Shown piece by piece: positions 18,862 through 27,956 of a DNA stretch of 64,000 nucleotides. Source of the DNA: an uncultured delta proteobacterium (GTDB lineage Bacteria; Myxococcota_A; Polyangia; Polyangiales; Polyangiaceae); contig CAVQUB010000013.1 in assembly GCA_963716725.1 (NCBI GenBank), forward strand, positions 320,001-384,000. The letters are read 5' to 3'. Positions within the stretch are counted from its first letter, which is position 1; the number at the start of each line of letters is the position of its first letter. Both the position numbers and the translations under genes were made by a program. The notes beneath the pieces were generated by a model. That model was not told the origin of the DNA, made no database searches, and saw only the letters and a program-made list of their open reading frames with translations.

Positions 18862-19677
18862 TCAGCGGAAGACGGTGTAGAGGTACACGATCGGGGCGAC
18901 GATCAAGAGTGCGTCGACTCGGTCGAGCAGGCCGCCGTGTCCCGGGACTATCCAGCCGCTGTCTTTGATACCCGTCGAGCGCTTGAGCAACGACTCGACC
19001 AGGTCGCCCATCTGCCCAAGCGCTCCGCCGAAGAGGGCGAGCGGCAAGGCGTGAACGAGCGGAATGTCCGGCAGGTACCACAGGCTCGCGACCACGGCGC
19101 CCAGACACGCACCCGCCAGCGAACCGTAGAAGCCCTCGCGGGTCTTCTTGGGGCTGATCGTCTCGTACAGCTTGGTCTTGCCCAAGAAGCGCCCGGCGAA
19201 GTAGCCGCCGGTGTCGGCCATCCAGGCGAAGGTCAGAGTCATCACCACCCAGCGTGGTCCATCGTCGCCCATGTCCCGGCGGAGCAGGGCGATGGTGCAG
19301 AACAGCGCCCCGACGTAGATGGGCGCAGCGACGTTCGCCATGATTCGCAGCGCCGCGGTGTCGATCTGACCGAGGCGCCAGAGCGGCAACAGCACGCCGA
19401 TGATGGGCACCGCCAGGAACACCGCGAGCAAAACGCGCTGATCCTTCGTTGCAAAGTACACGGCGGCACTCACCGCGAGGGTGAGCAGAACCCCGATGCC
19501 TTGGGCGACTCGATCTCCCGGATGCGTCATGGCGAAGAGCTCGCTGGCACCGACTGCCGTGGCGCACGCCACCAAGACGTAGAACCCCCAGGCCGGGCCC
19601 ACGAAGAGCAACGCCAACAGGAGCGGCACGAACACGACGGCCGTCAGGAGGCGTAGGGTGAGGTTGCTCTTGGCCAA
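18862..19677 (-). CDS. cdsA: Phosphatidate cytidylyltransferase
   Basis: DTGGYFAG...ISPKKTREG...GDLVESLLKRSTGIKDSG.IVPGHGGLLDRVD signature; multi-TM. Confidence 0.95.
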   Translation of the reverse strand: MAKSNLTLRLLTAVVFVPLLLALLFVGPAWGFYVLVACATAVGASELFAMTHPGDRVAQGIGVLLTLAVSAAVYFATKDQRVLLAVFLAVPIIGVLLPLWRLGQIDTAALRIMANVAAPIYVGALFCTIALLRRDMGDDGPRWVVMTLTFAWMADTGGYFAGRFLGKTKLYETISPKKTREGFYGSLAGACLGAVVASLWYLPDIPLVHALPLALFGGALGQMGDLVESLLKRSTGIKDSGWIVPGHGGLLDRVDALLIVAPIVYLYTVFR

Positions 19678-19772
19678 GCGGGCCTTGGTTAGAGCATTTT
19701 GCTCCGGGAGGGAACCACGAGCGGCCTGGTGCCCCCAGCTGACGCTTCGGTGGCCGTGCTACGACCTGAACC

Positions 19773-20441
19773 TTGGCCGCCAGCCGAAACGCAAGCCGGC
19801 GACGGGGTGCCCGAATCGCTCTCGTGCTGCTGGTGCTCGCGCTGCTCCTCACCGCGCACCGCACGGGCATCCTGGCCGAGTTCGCCGATCCCCCACGGGT
19901 CAAGCGGACGCTGATCGCGCTGGGCCCGTGGGGCTACCTGGCCTTCATCGCGGCCTACACCTTCCTGCAGCCCTTCGGAGTCCCCGGAACGGTGTTTGTC
20001 GTCGCGGCTCCGCTGATTTGGCCTTGGCCGGTGGCTTTTGCGCTGTCGATGATCGGAACGATGGCGGCCAGCGTCGTCGGTTTCTCATTCGCGCGCTTCG
20101 TGGCGCGGGACACCGTCGCCTCCCTGATCCCCGAGCGCTTCCGGCGCTACGACGAGGCGCTCGCACGCCGCGCTTTCGCTACGGTCTTCGTCCTCAGGTT
20201 GGTATTTTGGATGCCCCAACTCCTGCACGCGTTCTTCGGGATCTCGAAGGTGCGTTTCGCGACACACTTCTGGGCGTCGCTGCTCGGCTACGCGCTACCG
20301 CTCTTCCTGGTGAGCTACTTCGGCGAGCGGCTGTTCGACTGGGCAAAGGCCGCCCCCGCTTCAGTCTGGCTCGGCATGGGCCTGGGCGCCGCGCTGATCG
20401 CGCTCGTCACCTGGCTGGTACGCCGCCGCCCAGCCGGCTAG
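19773..20441 (+). CDS. TVP38/TMEM64 (DedA/VTT) family membrane protein
   Basis: Multi-TM; PFGVPG, FARFVARD, VFVLRLVFWMP and GISKVRF pattern. Confidence 0.85.
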   Translation: MAASRNASRRRGARIALVLLVLALLLTAHRTGILAEFADPPRVKRTLIALGPWGYLAFIAAYTFLQPFGVPGTVFVVAAPLIWPWPVAFALSMIGTMAASVVGFSFARFVARDTVASLIPERFRRYDEALARRAFATVFVLRLVFWMPQLLHAFFGISKVRFATHFWASLLGYALPLFLVSYFGERLFDWAKAAPASVWLGMGLGAALIALVTWLVRRRPAG

Positions 20442-20487
20442 GGCCGCGCGGCCGAAGTTCGAGTGGATTCGCCCCTGAGACCTGCGC

Positions 20488-20931
20488 TCATTTGGGTTGC
20501 ACAGGAAGGGCGGAAGAGCGGAAGGATTTGGGGTGGTCAGGCGTTAGCCTCCGCAGGCCATTTCTGAGCGCGGTCACGTTGAAGTTGACGAGCAGGCCGA
20601 CGGGCAACCGCGAAAGACGCAGATAGGTGATGACCTGCGCTTCGTAAATCGGGAGCAGCCGCTCGACCGCCTTGAGCTCCAGGAGGATACGATCTTCGAC
20701 GACCAGGTCGAGGCGATAGGCGCAGTCAAGGTGTACGCCTTTGTAGCGGATTGGTAGCGGTCGCTGCCGCTCGAACTTGAGCCGTCGTTCGGACAGCTCG
20801 GCAGATAGACAGGCCTCATATGCGGATTCCATCAGCCCTGGACCGAGATGCCGATGCACCTCGATCAGCGCACCGATCACCTCGTCCGTCCCATCCCCAA
20901 ATCTTCCGAGCTTTCGCCCTTCCTGTGCCAT
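20488..20931 (-). CDS. GxxExxY protein (PD-(D/E)XK-like family)
   Basis: VHRHLGPGLMESAYEACL, YRLDLVVE, ELKAVE, QVITYLRL...GLLVNFN motifs. Confidence 0.92.
   Translation of the reverse strand: MAQEGRKLGRFGDGTDEVIGALIEVHRHLGPGLMESAYEACLSAELSERRLKFERQRPLPIRYKGVHLDCAYRLDLVVEDRILLELKAVERLLPIYEAQVITYLRLSRLPVGLLVNFNVTALRNGLRRLTPDHPKSFRSSALPVQPK
20499..20928. repeat. Imperfect ~35-bp inverted repeats at the two ends of the GxxExxY ORF
   Basis: 20499-20533 GCACAGGAAGGGCGGAAGAGCGGAAGGATTTGGGG pairs with 20895-20928 CCCCAAATCTTCCGAGCTTTCGCCCTTCCTGTGC (31/35 matches, 3 mismatches, 1 gap). Confidence 0.85.
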
Positions 20932-20948
20932 CCCCGTGTGGTCGGGCC

Positions 20949-21504
20949 TCACTCCGAAACCGTTGCGGCTTTCTTCGCAGAAAGTGAGGGGATTTTTCTG
21001 GATTCGGCCCACGACTTGGGGCGGTACGACCAGCGAAAGGGTCGGTCGGTCTGCAGATACCACGCGACGTACGCGTCGATCCTCGCCGCGAGGTCGTCGG
21101 TGCTTCTACTCGAGCCGCTACGGTGTCCGAGAGAGAGAGGGCGGCCGTCCCGAGCGCGGGGCGTCCGCCAGTCTCTCGCTAGGTGCCGCGCAGTCGAAGC
21201 GCTTGCGCCAGTCGTCCACCGTGCGCACGTGCACCCCGAGGAGCCGGGCGATGTCCGTCGCAGGCACTCCGTCCGCCATCATCAACACGGCCTGCGCCCG
21301 ACGAACCAGCCGCTGCTCCGCCCTGGCGGGTCGCAACGCCTCCTCGATCCGCGCGCGCTCTTCAGCCCTCAGCGCGAGCGGAACCGTCGGACGACCACCG
21401 TGCGCTCGACCCGCGAACGCGCTGTAGTCGATCATGTCACCCCACTACACCGACGACACGCACACCGAAAAGAAACCAGCGAAACTTCTGCCGCTCGGCA
21501 CTAG
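20949..21504 (-). mobile_element. Internally deleted IS630-family element (HTH ORF and C-terminal transposase tail retained, DDE core missing)
   Basis: 21118-21435 encodes an IS630-type HTH (RRAQAVL...IARLLGV...WRKRF...LADAPRSGRP). 20949-21104 encodes STDDLAARIDAYVAWY...RPFRWSY, typical of the IS630 C-terminus. A CTAGTGC end lies at 21498-21504. Confidence 0.75.
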
Positions 21505-21668
21505 GGCATCCTTCCATCCGTCGTGACCTGTCGCGCCTCGCGTCTTTCGCGACCGGTTGAAACAGCCGGCGCCGGCCTCGCCGGTTTGTCTCCGTGGGGT
21601 TACGCCCCGCACCCCGCGCGGCCACTGTTCCATCGGAATGCAAGCCGCTCTAACCTCGAGCCCGCAAC

Positions 21669-22415
21669 GTGAGCCAAAAATCGATTCTGTGTCCGCTGCC
21701 CGATCGCGACTTCGACCTCACCGAGGTCGCGGTACCCTGGAAGCTCTTGACGGAAGCCGGGCACCGGGTGGTGTTCGCGACCGAGCTCGGCGCGGAGCCG
21801 CGCTGCGACCCCCTGCTCATCGACGGGGTCGTGTTTGGACAGCTCGGCGCGGCCGAGGAGCCCATCCGTTTCTACCGCGAGCTCGAGACCGCCGGCTCGT
21901 TTCGTGTGCCCGAGCGCTGGGCAGATCTGGACCTCGCGCGCTTCGACGCCTTACTCCTGCCCGGGGGCCACGCCCCAGGCATGCGTCAGTACCTCGGGTC
22001 GGAGCCGCTCGCCCGCCAGGTCGCCGCGCTGTGGACCAGCAACCTCCCCGTAGCAGCCATCTGCCACGGCGTGCTGGTGCTGGCTCGCGCCAAGGACCCG
22101 AAGAGCGGCGCCAGCGTGCTCCGCGACAGCCGCACCACTTGCCTGCCCACGTACATGGAGCGCTTGGCCCACGCCCTCACCTTCTGGAAACTCGGACGCT
22201 ACTACCGAACCTATCCGGCCACCGTCGAGCAAGAAGTCCGCGCCGCCCTCGCGGATCCGCGAGCGCAGTTCGATCGAGGTCCGATCAACCTGGGAAGACG
22301 CGGCACGCGCGACGACGACGACGGGACCTTCTTCGTCGAGGACGGGCCATACGTCTCGGCGCGCTGGCCCGGAGATGCCTACACCTTCGCGCGAGCGCTG
22401 ATCGCCCGACTGTGA
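21669..22415 (+). CDS. DJ-1/PfpI family (class I glutamine amidotransferase-like) protein
   Basis: FDLTEV, LLLPGGH, AAICHG nucleophile elbow, SARWPGD. Confidence 0.88.
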   Translation: MSQKSILCPLPDRDFDLTEVAVPWKLLTEAGHRVVFATELGAEPRCDPLLIDGVVFGQLGAAEEPIRFYRELETAGSFRVPERWADLDLARFDALLLPGGHAPGMRQYLGSEPLARQVAALWTSNLPVAAICHGVLVLARAKDPKSGASVLRDSRTTCLPTYMERLAHALTFWKLGRYYRTYPATVEQEVRAALADPRAQFDRGPINLGRRGTRDDDDGTFFVEDGPYVSARWPGDAYTFARALIARL

Positions 22416-22433
22416 TCTCGGAAGCTCGCTAAG

Positions 22434-22886
22434 ATGGGTCGCACCGTGCCCCAGCGTCTGCATCGCCCCGTTCCATATCAAGAGCTGGATCACACCGCCG
22501 ACGCGGGAGTGATCGTGCGCGGCTCGAGCAAGGAAGAGACCCTCGCGCGCTTGGTGTTGGCCTACGCGGATCTGGTGTCGGGGGGCGGCAAGGTGCTCGG
22601 GGCCACCGAGCTCACCGTCGATGTCGAGCCCGCTGATCTCGCCGCGATGGCGGTGGACGTATTGCGGGAGCTGCTCTTCCAATTCGAGACCGAGAAGTGG
22701 ATCCCCGAGAGCTGCGAAGTCTTGATTTTCGCCCCAGAGCTCGGAGCTCGGGTCGTGGTCGGCGCCGGCCCCTACGACGAAGCTGCACACTCCGAGGGGC
22801 TGAGGCTGAAGGCGGTGACGCTGCACGAGGCGCGCTTCGAATCCGACGCTTCGGGTTTCGTCGCGCAGGTGGTGTTCGACGTATGA
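22434..22886 (+). CDS. Archease
   Basis: N-terminal DHTADAG, C-terminal LKAVTLHE...VVFDV; overlaps the rtcB start. Confidence 0.93.
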   Translation: MGRTVPQRLHRPVPYQELDHTADAGVIVRGSSKEETLARLVLAYADLVSGGGKVLGATELTVDVEPADLAAMAVDVLRELLFQFETEKWIPESCEVLIFAPELGARVVVGAGPYDEAAHSEGLRLKAVTLHEARFESDASGFVAQVVFDV

Positions 22887-24337
22887 CGATCTCGCTTCGC
22901 CAATTGGGCCCGTTTCTCTGGGAGATCCCCCGCCAGGGCGGCATGAAGGTGCCGGGGCGGGTCTACGTTGCGCCGAGACAGATCGAAGGGCTACGCGCCG
23001 ACAAATCCCTCGAGCAGGTCGTCAATGTCGCGCATCTGCCAGGCATCGTCGGCGCCAGCCTGGCCATGCCGGACATCCACTGGGGCTACGGGTTTCCCAT
23101 TGGCGGGGTGGCCGCTGTCGACGCCGAGCACGGAGCGGTCAGCCCCGGCGGCGTCGGCTACGACATCAACTGCGGATGCCGTGTGGTCACCACCGCCCTC
23201 CACGTCGACGACGTCGTCCCGCGCATTCGCGACGTCGTATCGAAGCTCTTCGCGGCCATCCCGACCGGGGTCGGCTCGAACGACGCCATTCCGAAGCTGT
23301 CACGCCGCGAGCTCCGCGAGCTGATGGCCCAAGGCGCCGGGTGGGCGGTCGCCCGGGGCTATCGGGCCGGGGCAAACGACGAGGAACACACCGAAGAAGG
23401 CGGGAGGCTCGACGGCGCCGAGCCCGATTGGGTCAGCGACCGCGCCCTCGCCCGCGGAGCCTCTCAAGTGGGGACCCTCGGCAGCGGCAACCACTTCCTG
23501 GAGGTGCAGCGGGTCGCCGAGATTTACGACGCCGAGGCCGCCGCAGCCTACGGGCTGCGAGTCGGCGAAGTGACGCTCATGATCCACTCCGGCTCTCGGG
23601 GCCTCGGGCACCAGATCTGCGACGAGACGCTGCACGACCTGTCGCGGACCTACGCCAGATTCGGCGCAGACTACGCGGCGCTGCCCGATCGTCAGCTTGC
23701 TTGCGCCCCCATCGCGTCGGATGCGGGACAGCGCTATTTGGGGGTCATGCGAGCGGCGGCCAACTTCGCCTGGGCCAATCGCCAGGTGATGACGGGGCTC
23801 GCGGTTCGCGCTGTCGCGGATGCTCTGCAGATCGGCGAGGCAGAGGTCGGCGCGCGGCTGCTCTACGACGTGTGTCACAACATCGCCAAGCTCGAGGACC
23901 ACTTGGTCGAGGGCGAGTCGCGGCGCGTGTTGGTGCACCGCAAGGGAGCGACCCGGGCCTTCGGCCCCAACGACCCCCGCGTTCCCGAGGCCTACCGCGC
24001 CGTAGGCCAGCCCGTGCTGATCCCCGGTGACATGGGGCGCTATTCGTTCGTGCTGGCGGGGAACGCTGGAGCCATGACCTCGACCTTCGGCTCGAGCTGC
24101 CACGGCGCAGGTCGCCTGCTCTCGCGCACCGCCGCCCTGAAGCAGGCCCGCGGTCGGCGCATCGAGGAAGAGCTCGCGGCAAGAGGCATCGAGGTCATGG
24201 CCAAGGGGTACCGCACGCTCGGCGAAGAAATGAGCGAGGCCTACAAAGACGTCGAGGATGTCGTGGACGTGATCGAGGGCGCGGGAGTGTCACGCAAGGT
24301 CGCCAAGCTGGTCCCCCTGGGTGTGATCAAGGGATGA
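22883..24337 (+). CDS. rtcB: RNA-splicing/repair ligase RtcB
   Basis: MPDIHWGYGFPIGG, GYDINCG, GTLGSGNHF, IHSGSRG, HNIAK, HRKGAT, PGDMG, SCHGAGR, AYKD, LGVIKG. Confidence 0.97.
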   Translation: MTISLRQLGPFLWEIPRQGGMKVPGRVYVAPRQIEGLRADKSLEQVVNVAHLPGIVGASLAMPDIHWGYGFPIGGVAAVDAEHGAVSPGGVGYDINCGCRVVTTALHVDDVVPRIRDVVSKLFAAIPTGVGSNDAIPKLSRRELRELMAQGAGWAVARGYRAGANDEEHTEEGGRLDGAEPDWVSDRALARGASQVGTLGSGNHFLEVQRVAEIYDAEAAAAYGLRVGEVTLMIHSGSRGLGHQICDETLHDLSRTYARFGADYAALPDRQLACAPIASDAGQRYLGVMRAAANFAWANRQVMTGLAVRAVADALQIGEAEVGARLLYDVCHNIAKLEDHLVEGESRRVLVHRKGATRAFGPNDPRVPEAYRAVGQPVLIPGDMGRYSFVLAGNAGAMTSTFGSSCHGAGRLLSRTAALKQARGRRIEEELAARGIEVMAKGYRTLGEEMSEAYKDVEDVVDVIEGAGVSRKVAKLVPLGVIKG

Positions 24338-24342
24338 GCGAC

Positions 24343-24359
24343 CTGGCACGGTTCTGGCT
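24343..24359 (+). promoter_or_regulatory. Possible sigma-54 (-24/-12) promoter for the CBS-domain gene
   Basis: CTGGCACGGTTCTGGCT: GG-N10-GC spacing, one mismatch to YTGGCACGNNNNTTGCW. Confidence 0.4.
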
Positions 24360-24370
24360 AATCACCGGTC

Positions 24371-25147
24371 ATGCTCACGCGACCCGTGACCTACTACATG
24401 GTGCAGCCGGTGTTCACCGTCTCGGCGGACACGGATCTCGAAACCGCGCGCCACCGCCTAGATGCGCACAATGTCTCGTGCCTCGGCGTCTCGGACGGAG
24501 CCGAGCCCCTCGCCGCGGTGCTCTCGCGCACCGACCTGCTCCGGGCGGGTCGCTTCGAGCGGAGCGCAGAAGGCGCGTCGAAGTTGGTGCTGCCCGCGCA
24601 AAACGTTCGCGCCCTGATGCATGCGCCCGTCTTCACCGTCCCGCCGACGGCGGACATGTCGGAGGTCGCACGGGAGCTCAGCCAGCGTTCGGTGCATCGC
24701 GTCTTCGTACGCCTGCTGCACACCGTCTTCGGTGTCGTGAGCACCTTCGAGGTGATGCGTGCGCTGGTCGCGGCGCGTGACGCCACGCCGGTCGAAGCGC
24801 TGATGACCTCTCCGGTGGGCACGGTGGAGGCGACCGTTCCGGTCGCGGAAGCCATCAGGCGACTGCGAACGGCCGGTGTGAGGGGACTGGTGGTGGTCAT
24901 CGGCCCGAACTCGCGCCCCGTCGGGATGTTCACGCAGCGCGAGGCGCTGGAGGCGAGCGCCCATCTCGACGACGTGCCCGTGGATGTGCTGATGAGCTCC
25001 CGCTTCATCTCGGTGCACCCGACCACGGCTCTGCACCACGCCGCGGCCCAGGCCGCCGCCACCCGCGCACGCCACGTCCTGGTCATGGACGGCGAGCACC
25101 TCGTCGGCATCGTCTCGGGGCTGGACTTCGCGCGCGCCGCCGTATGA
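24371..25147 (+). CDS. Tandem CBS-domain protein (four CBS repeats)
   Basis: Repeated V..LM..PV.TV / GVVS..D motifs. Confidence 0.85.
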   Translation: MLTRPVTYYMVQPVFTVSADTDLETARHRLDAHNVSCLGVSDGAEPLAAVLSRTDLLRAGRFERSAEGASKLVLPAQNVRALMHAPVFTVPPTADMSEVARELSQRSVHRVFVRLLHTVFGVVSTFEVMRALVAARDATPVEALMTSPVGTVEATVPVAEAIRRLRTAGVRGLVVVIGPNSRPVGMFTQREALEASAHLDDVPVDVLMSSRFISVHPTTALHHAAAQAAATRARHVLVMDGEHLVGIVSGLDFARAAV

Positions 25148-25229
25148 CGGGGCAGTCCCTCCGAAGTCCGCGCCGCAGGAGCCCGGAACTTGCGCCGTCG
25201 GTCCCCCGTCGCTATGCCCGCATCCGGGC

Positions 25230-27902
25230 ATGACCTGGTCTTCGTTCCTCACCTACCGCCTCCGCCCGCTGGCGGTCGCTTCCGGTCTGGGCTTGGCCGT
25301 CCATTGCGGGTCCGCGCGCCCGCCGCCTCGCTCGCTCGAAGGGCTGGCGGCAATGTTGGGGCAGGCTTCCGGCACCTCCGTCGCGCCCGCGGACATCGCG
25401 TGGGAACCGAGTCCCGGCCTCCTGGCGGAGACCTTCCTCGGGCGACGGCTGCTGTTCTTGGGCTCCGAGCGGCCCGGTGCGCCGCGCGACGTGCTGCGTG
25501 CGCGGGTTCGGGTGACGCTCGATGGAAAACCGATCGACGTGACCCAACTGCGCAACCTCACGGAGACACCGCTGGGGGACGACACGGGTCTGGAAATGCG
25601 CGGTCACCACGCCGTGTTCGCCACGGTGGCGTACGGGAGCATCCAAGGCATCAGCCTGCTCGACATCAGCGGCGCTCGCCGCGAGGACAAACCCGCCGGT
25701 TGGTTCCAGCGTGTTCTCCAGACCATCACTGCCTACCAAGAGCTGGGCACGCTCGCGGGGATCGGGCGCACGGACATCGTGCTCGAAATGCCCGCCAGCC
25801 AGGCCCGGCTCAGCCTCGATCGGACCCGGCTGAAGGTCGATCTCGGGGAGCCGGGTCGCGCACTCGACTACGACCTCGCGTCGCGCGCGCTCACCGGAGC
25901 CGACGGCGGACAACCCTACGCCGCGCGCGCGGACGTGCATCGCCAGGCCGATAAACCTCTGATTCTGTGGGGCGTGGACACCGTGCGCGCAGAGGTTGGA
26001 CCCGCGCCCATCGCCTGGCTGGAGGAGAAGGTCTTTGGTGCGAAGGATCGCTTCAAGCGCACGACCTACCAGATGTTCGCGTCCTCCGGCGCCTCCAACA
26101 CCCTGAAAGAAGGGCCCGAGTCGGCCCAAGTTCGAGCAGCCGTGCTCGACGCCAGCAAGCTGCAAGAGGGCGAGAGCTGGCCACCGCCGAGCATCCCCAG
26201 CCTCTGGAAGGAGAACAAGCCCGGCGAAGGTGAGTGGCAGCCGGTCACCTTGCCGTTCTTGAAGCCGACGCCGGGCACCAACCCAAAAGCTGGCAAGCCG
26301 CCCGCGTATTTCTACAAGACCTTCTTTCGCCCGGACTCCGCGCGTCCCTACTCGGAGGTGATGCTGATCGCGATGGACATGCGCCAGCTCGAGTTGGGCA
26401 TGCAGGCGGGGTTCGAAGATCCGAAACCCCTGACGGGTCCGCCGGGAGATGGGCGCCTGCCCCGCGACAAGGCCGTGCTCGATCGCGTGGTCGGGACCTT
26501 CAACGGCGCCTTCAAGACGACGCACGGACGCTACGGCATGAAGGTCGACGATCGCGTGCTGATCCCACCGGTGGCCGGCGGCGCGACCGTGATGATCCAG
26601 CGCGACGGCACCGTGGGGCTGGGCAGCTGGCCGCAGACCGAAGTGATCCCGGAAGAAATTCGCTCGTTCCGCCAGAATCTCGACCCCCTGGTCGAAGACG
26701 GCGTCGCCAACCCGACGGGCCGCTACATCTGGGGTTGGCAGCTCTCGGGGACGAGCGTGATGACGCAGCGGTCCGCGCTCTGCGTCACTGCGGCCGGCCA
26801 CCTCTATTACGCCTTTGCGCCGGAAATCGACGGGCCGACGCTGGGGAAAGCGCTGAGCCAGGCCGGGTGTTCGTACGGCGTGCACCTCGACATGAACCCC
26901 GGGCACTGCGGCTTCGTCTACACCGACATCGTCGACTACCGCGCCAAGGAGTTCAACCTCAAGAAGGCGCACGACGAGATGAAGCTCGACCCCGGCAAGT
27001 TCGTGCGCTGGAGCGCCAAGGACTTCTTCTACGTCATGGTTCGAGACCCAATCCCGAGCGATCCCTCGGGTGTGCGCTGGACGCCCGACGAGGGCTTGCA
27101 GCCGGCGCCGCAGTGGCTGCCGGGCATCCACGGCGGCGTGCTCAAGGTAGGAAACCTCGAGGTCGAGCTGGTGAGCTTCGAACCCGGACGGGTCGACTTC
27201 CGCCTGCGCGCCGGCTCGAAGGAACCGCACCGCGCGAGCGCGGATGGCAACGGGGAGCTGGCCGGCGAGGACAGTCAGCGGGCAGTGGCTTCCATCGGGC
27301 TCGGACACACCACTGATGCGACTCGCCTGGGCATCGCCTTCTCGGGTGCTGCGGTGCTCGATCCGAAACCAGCCTACGCCACCGTCGTCGTTTCTCCTGG
27401 CGAGCCGCTCAAGGTCTGGGCTCCGGGGGAGGTGCCCACGCTCGGGAAGGGGGACGAGTCGGCGCAGCTACCGCTCTTGGCAGAAGGCGGAAAGCTGACC
27501 GAGGCGGCGCGGGCTCACGGTCCGCTGCGGCCGCGGGGCGCGCTCTGCTCCCTCGCGAGTGGGCGCGTGCTCGTGGCTACCGCTCGGCACGATTCCAGTG
27601 ATTCCATCGCTGCAGCGCTGCTCAAGGTGGGCTGCACCCGAGTCGTGGAGCTGGACCGCGGCTCACAGCATCCAGCCTTCGTGCATCGGGCTGGCACCGC
27701 GACGCCGCCGCTCGCGAGCTACGAGTCGAGCGTTCTGTACGCCATCGGCCGGCCCATGCTTCCCTACGCCTTCCGATGGAAAGCCCAGGGTTCGGTGGCG
27801 TCGACCAAACCGACTTTGTTCGACGTCTCCCCGGACGCGGGGCGGAAGAAGAAGCAGCCGAAGCCCGCGGCGCCCAATCCGGCGCCGAGCGCGTCTCCCT
27901 GA
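25230..27902 (+). CDS. Large exported protein with phosphodiester glycosidase (NAGPA)-like central domain
   Basis: N-terminal signal or anchor; FNGAFKTTHGRYGM, RQNLDPLV, RSALCV and HLDMN pattern, plus a degenerate C-terminal copy (RGALC...ELDRG). Confidence 0.6.
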   Translation: MTWSSFLTYRLRPLAVASGLGLAVHCGSARPPPRSLEGLAAMLGQASGTSVAPADIAWEPSPGLLAETFLGRRLLFLGSERPGAPRDVLRARVRVTLDGKPIDVTQLRNLTETPLGDDTGLEMRGHHAVFATVAYGSIQGISLLDISGARREDKPAGWFQRVLQTITAYQELGTLAGIGRTDIVLEMPASQARLSLDRTRLKVDLGEPGRALDYDLASRALTGADGGQPYAARADVHRQADKPLILWGVDTVRAEVGPAPIAWLEEKVFGAKDRFKRTTYQMFASSGASNTLKEGPESAQVRAAVLDASKLQEGESWPPPSIPSLWKENKPGEGEWQPVTLPFLKPTPGTNPKAGKPPAYFYKTFFRPDSARPYSEVMLIAMDMRQLELGMQAGFEDPKPLTGPPGDGRLPRDKAVLDRVVGTFNGAFKTTHGRYGMKVDDRVLIPPVAGGATVMIQRDGTVGLGSWPQTEVIPEEIRSFRQNLDPLVEDGVANPTGRYIWGWQLSGTSVMTQRSALCVTAAGHLYYAFAPEIDGPTLGKALSQAGCSYGVHLDMNPGHCGFVYTDIVDYRAKEFNLKKAHDEMKLDPGKFVRWSAKDFFYVMVRDPIPSDPSGVRWTPDEGLQPAPQWLPGIHGGVLKVGNLEVELVSFEPGRVDFRLRAGSKEPHRASADGNGELAGEDSQRAVASIGLGHTTDATRLGIAFSGAAVLDPKPAYATVVVSPGEPLKVWAPGEVPTLGKGDESAQLPLLAEGGKLTEAARAHGPLRPRGALCSLASGRVLVATARHDSSDSIAAALLKVGCTRVVELDRGSQHPAFVHRAGTATPPLASYESSVLYAIGRPMLPYAFRWKAQGSVASTKPTLFDVSPDAGRKKKQPKPAAPNPAPSASP

Positions 27903-27956
27903 GCTCACCCGAACCGTCCCGAAGCACTCAGCAGCGGGCACCCGAGCGAGTCGCGG

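Noticed and set aside
20941..21015. Possible structured ncRNA upstream of GxxExxY
   Set aside because: Only short 4-7 bp complementarities; the stretch is better explained as the IS630 C-terminal coding remnant.
21505..25229. tRNA or Y-RNA substrate genes near rtcB
   Set aside because: No cloverleaf or T-loop signature was found in the short intergenic gaps.
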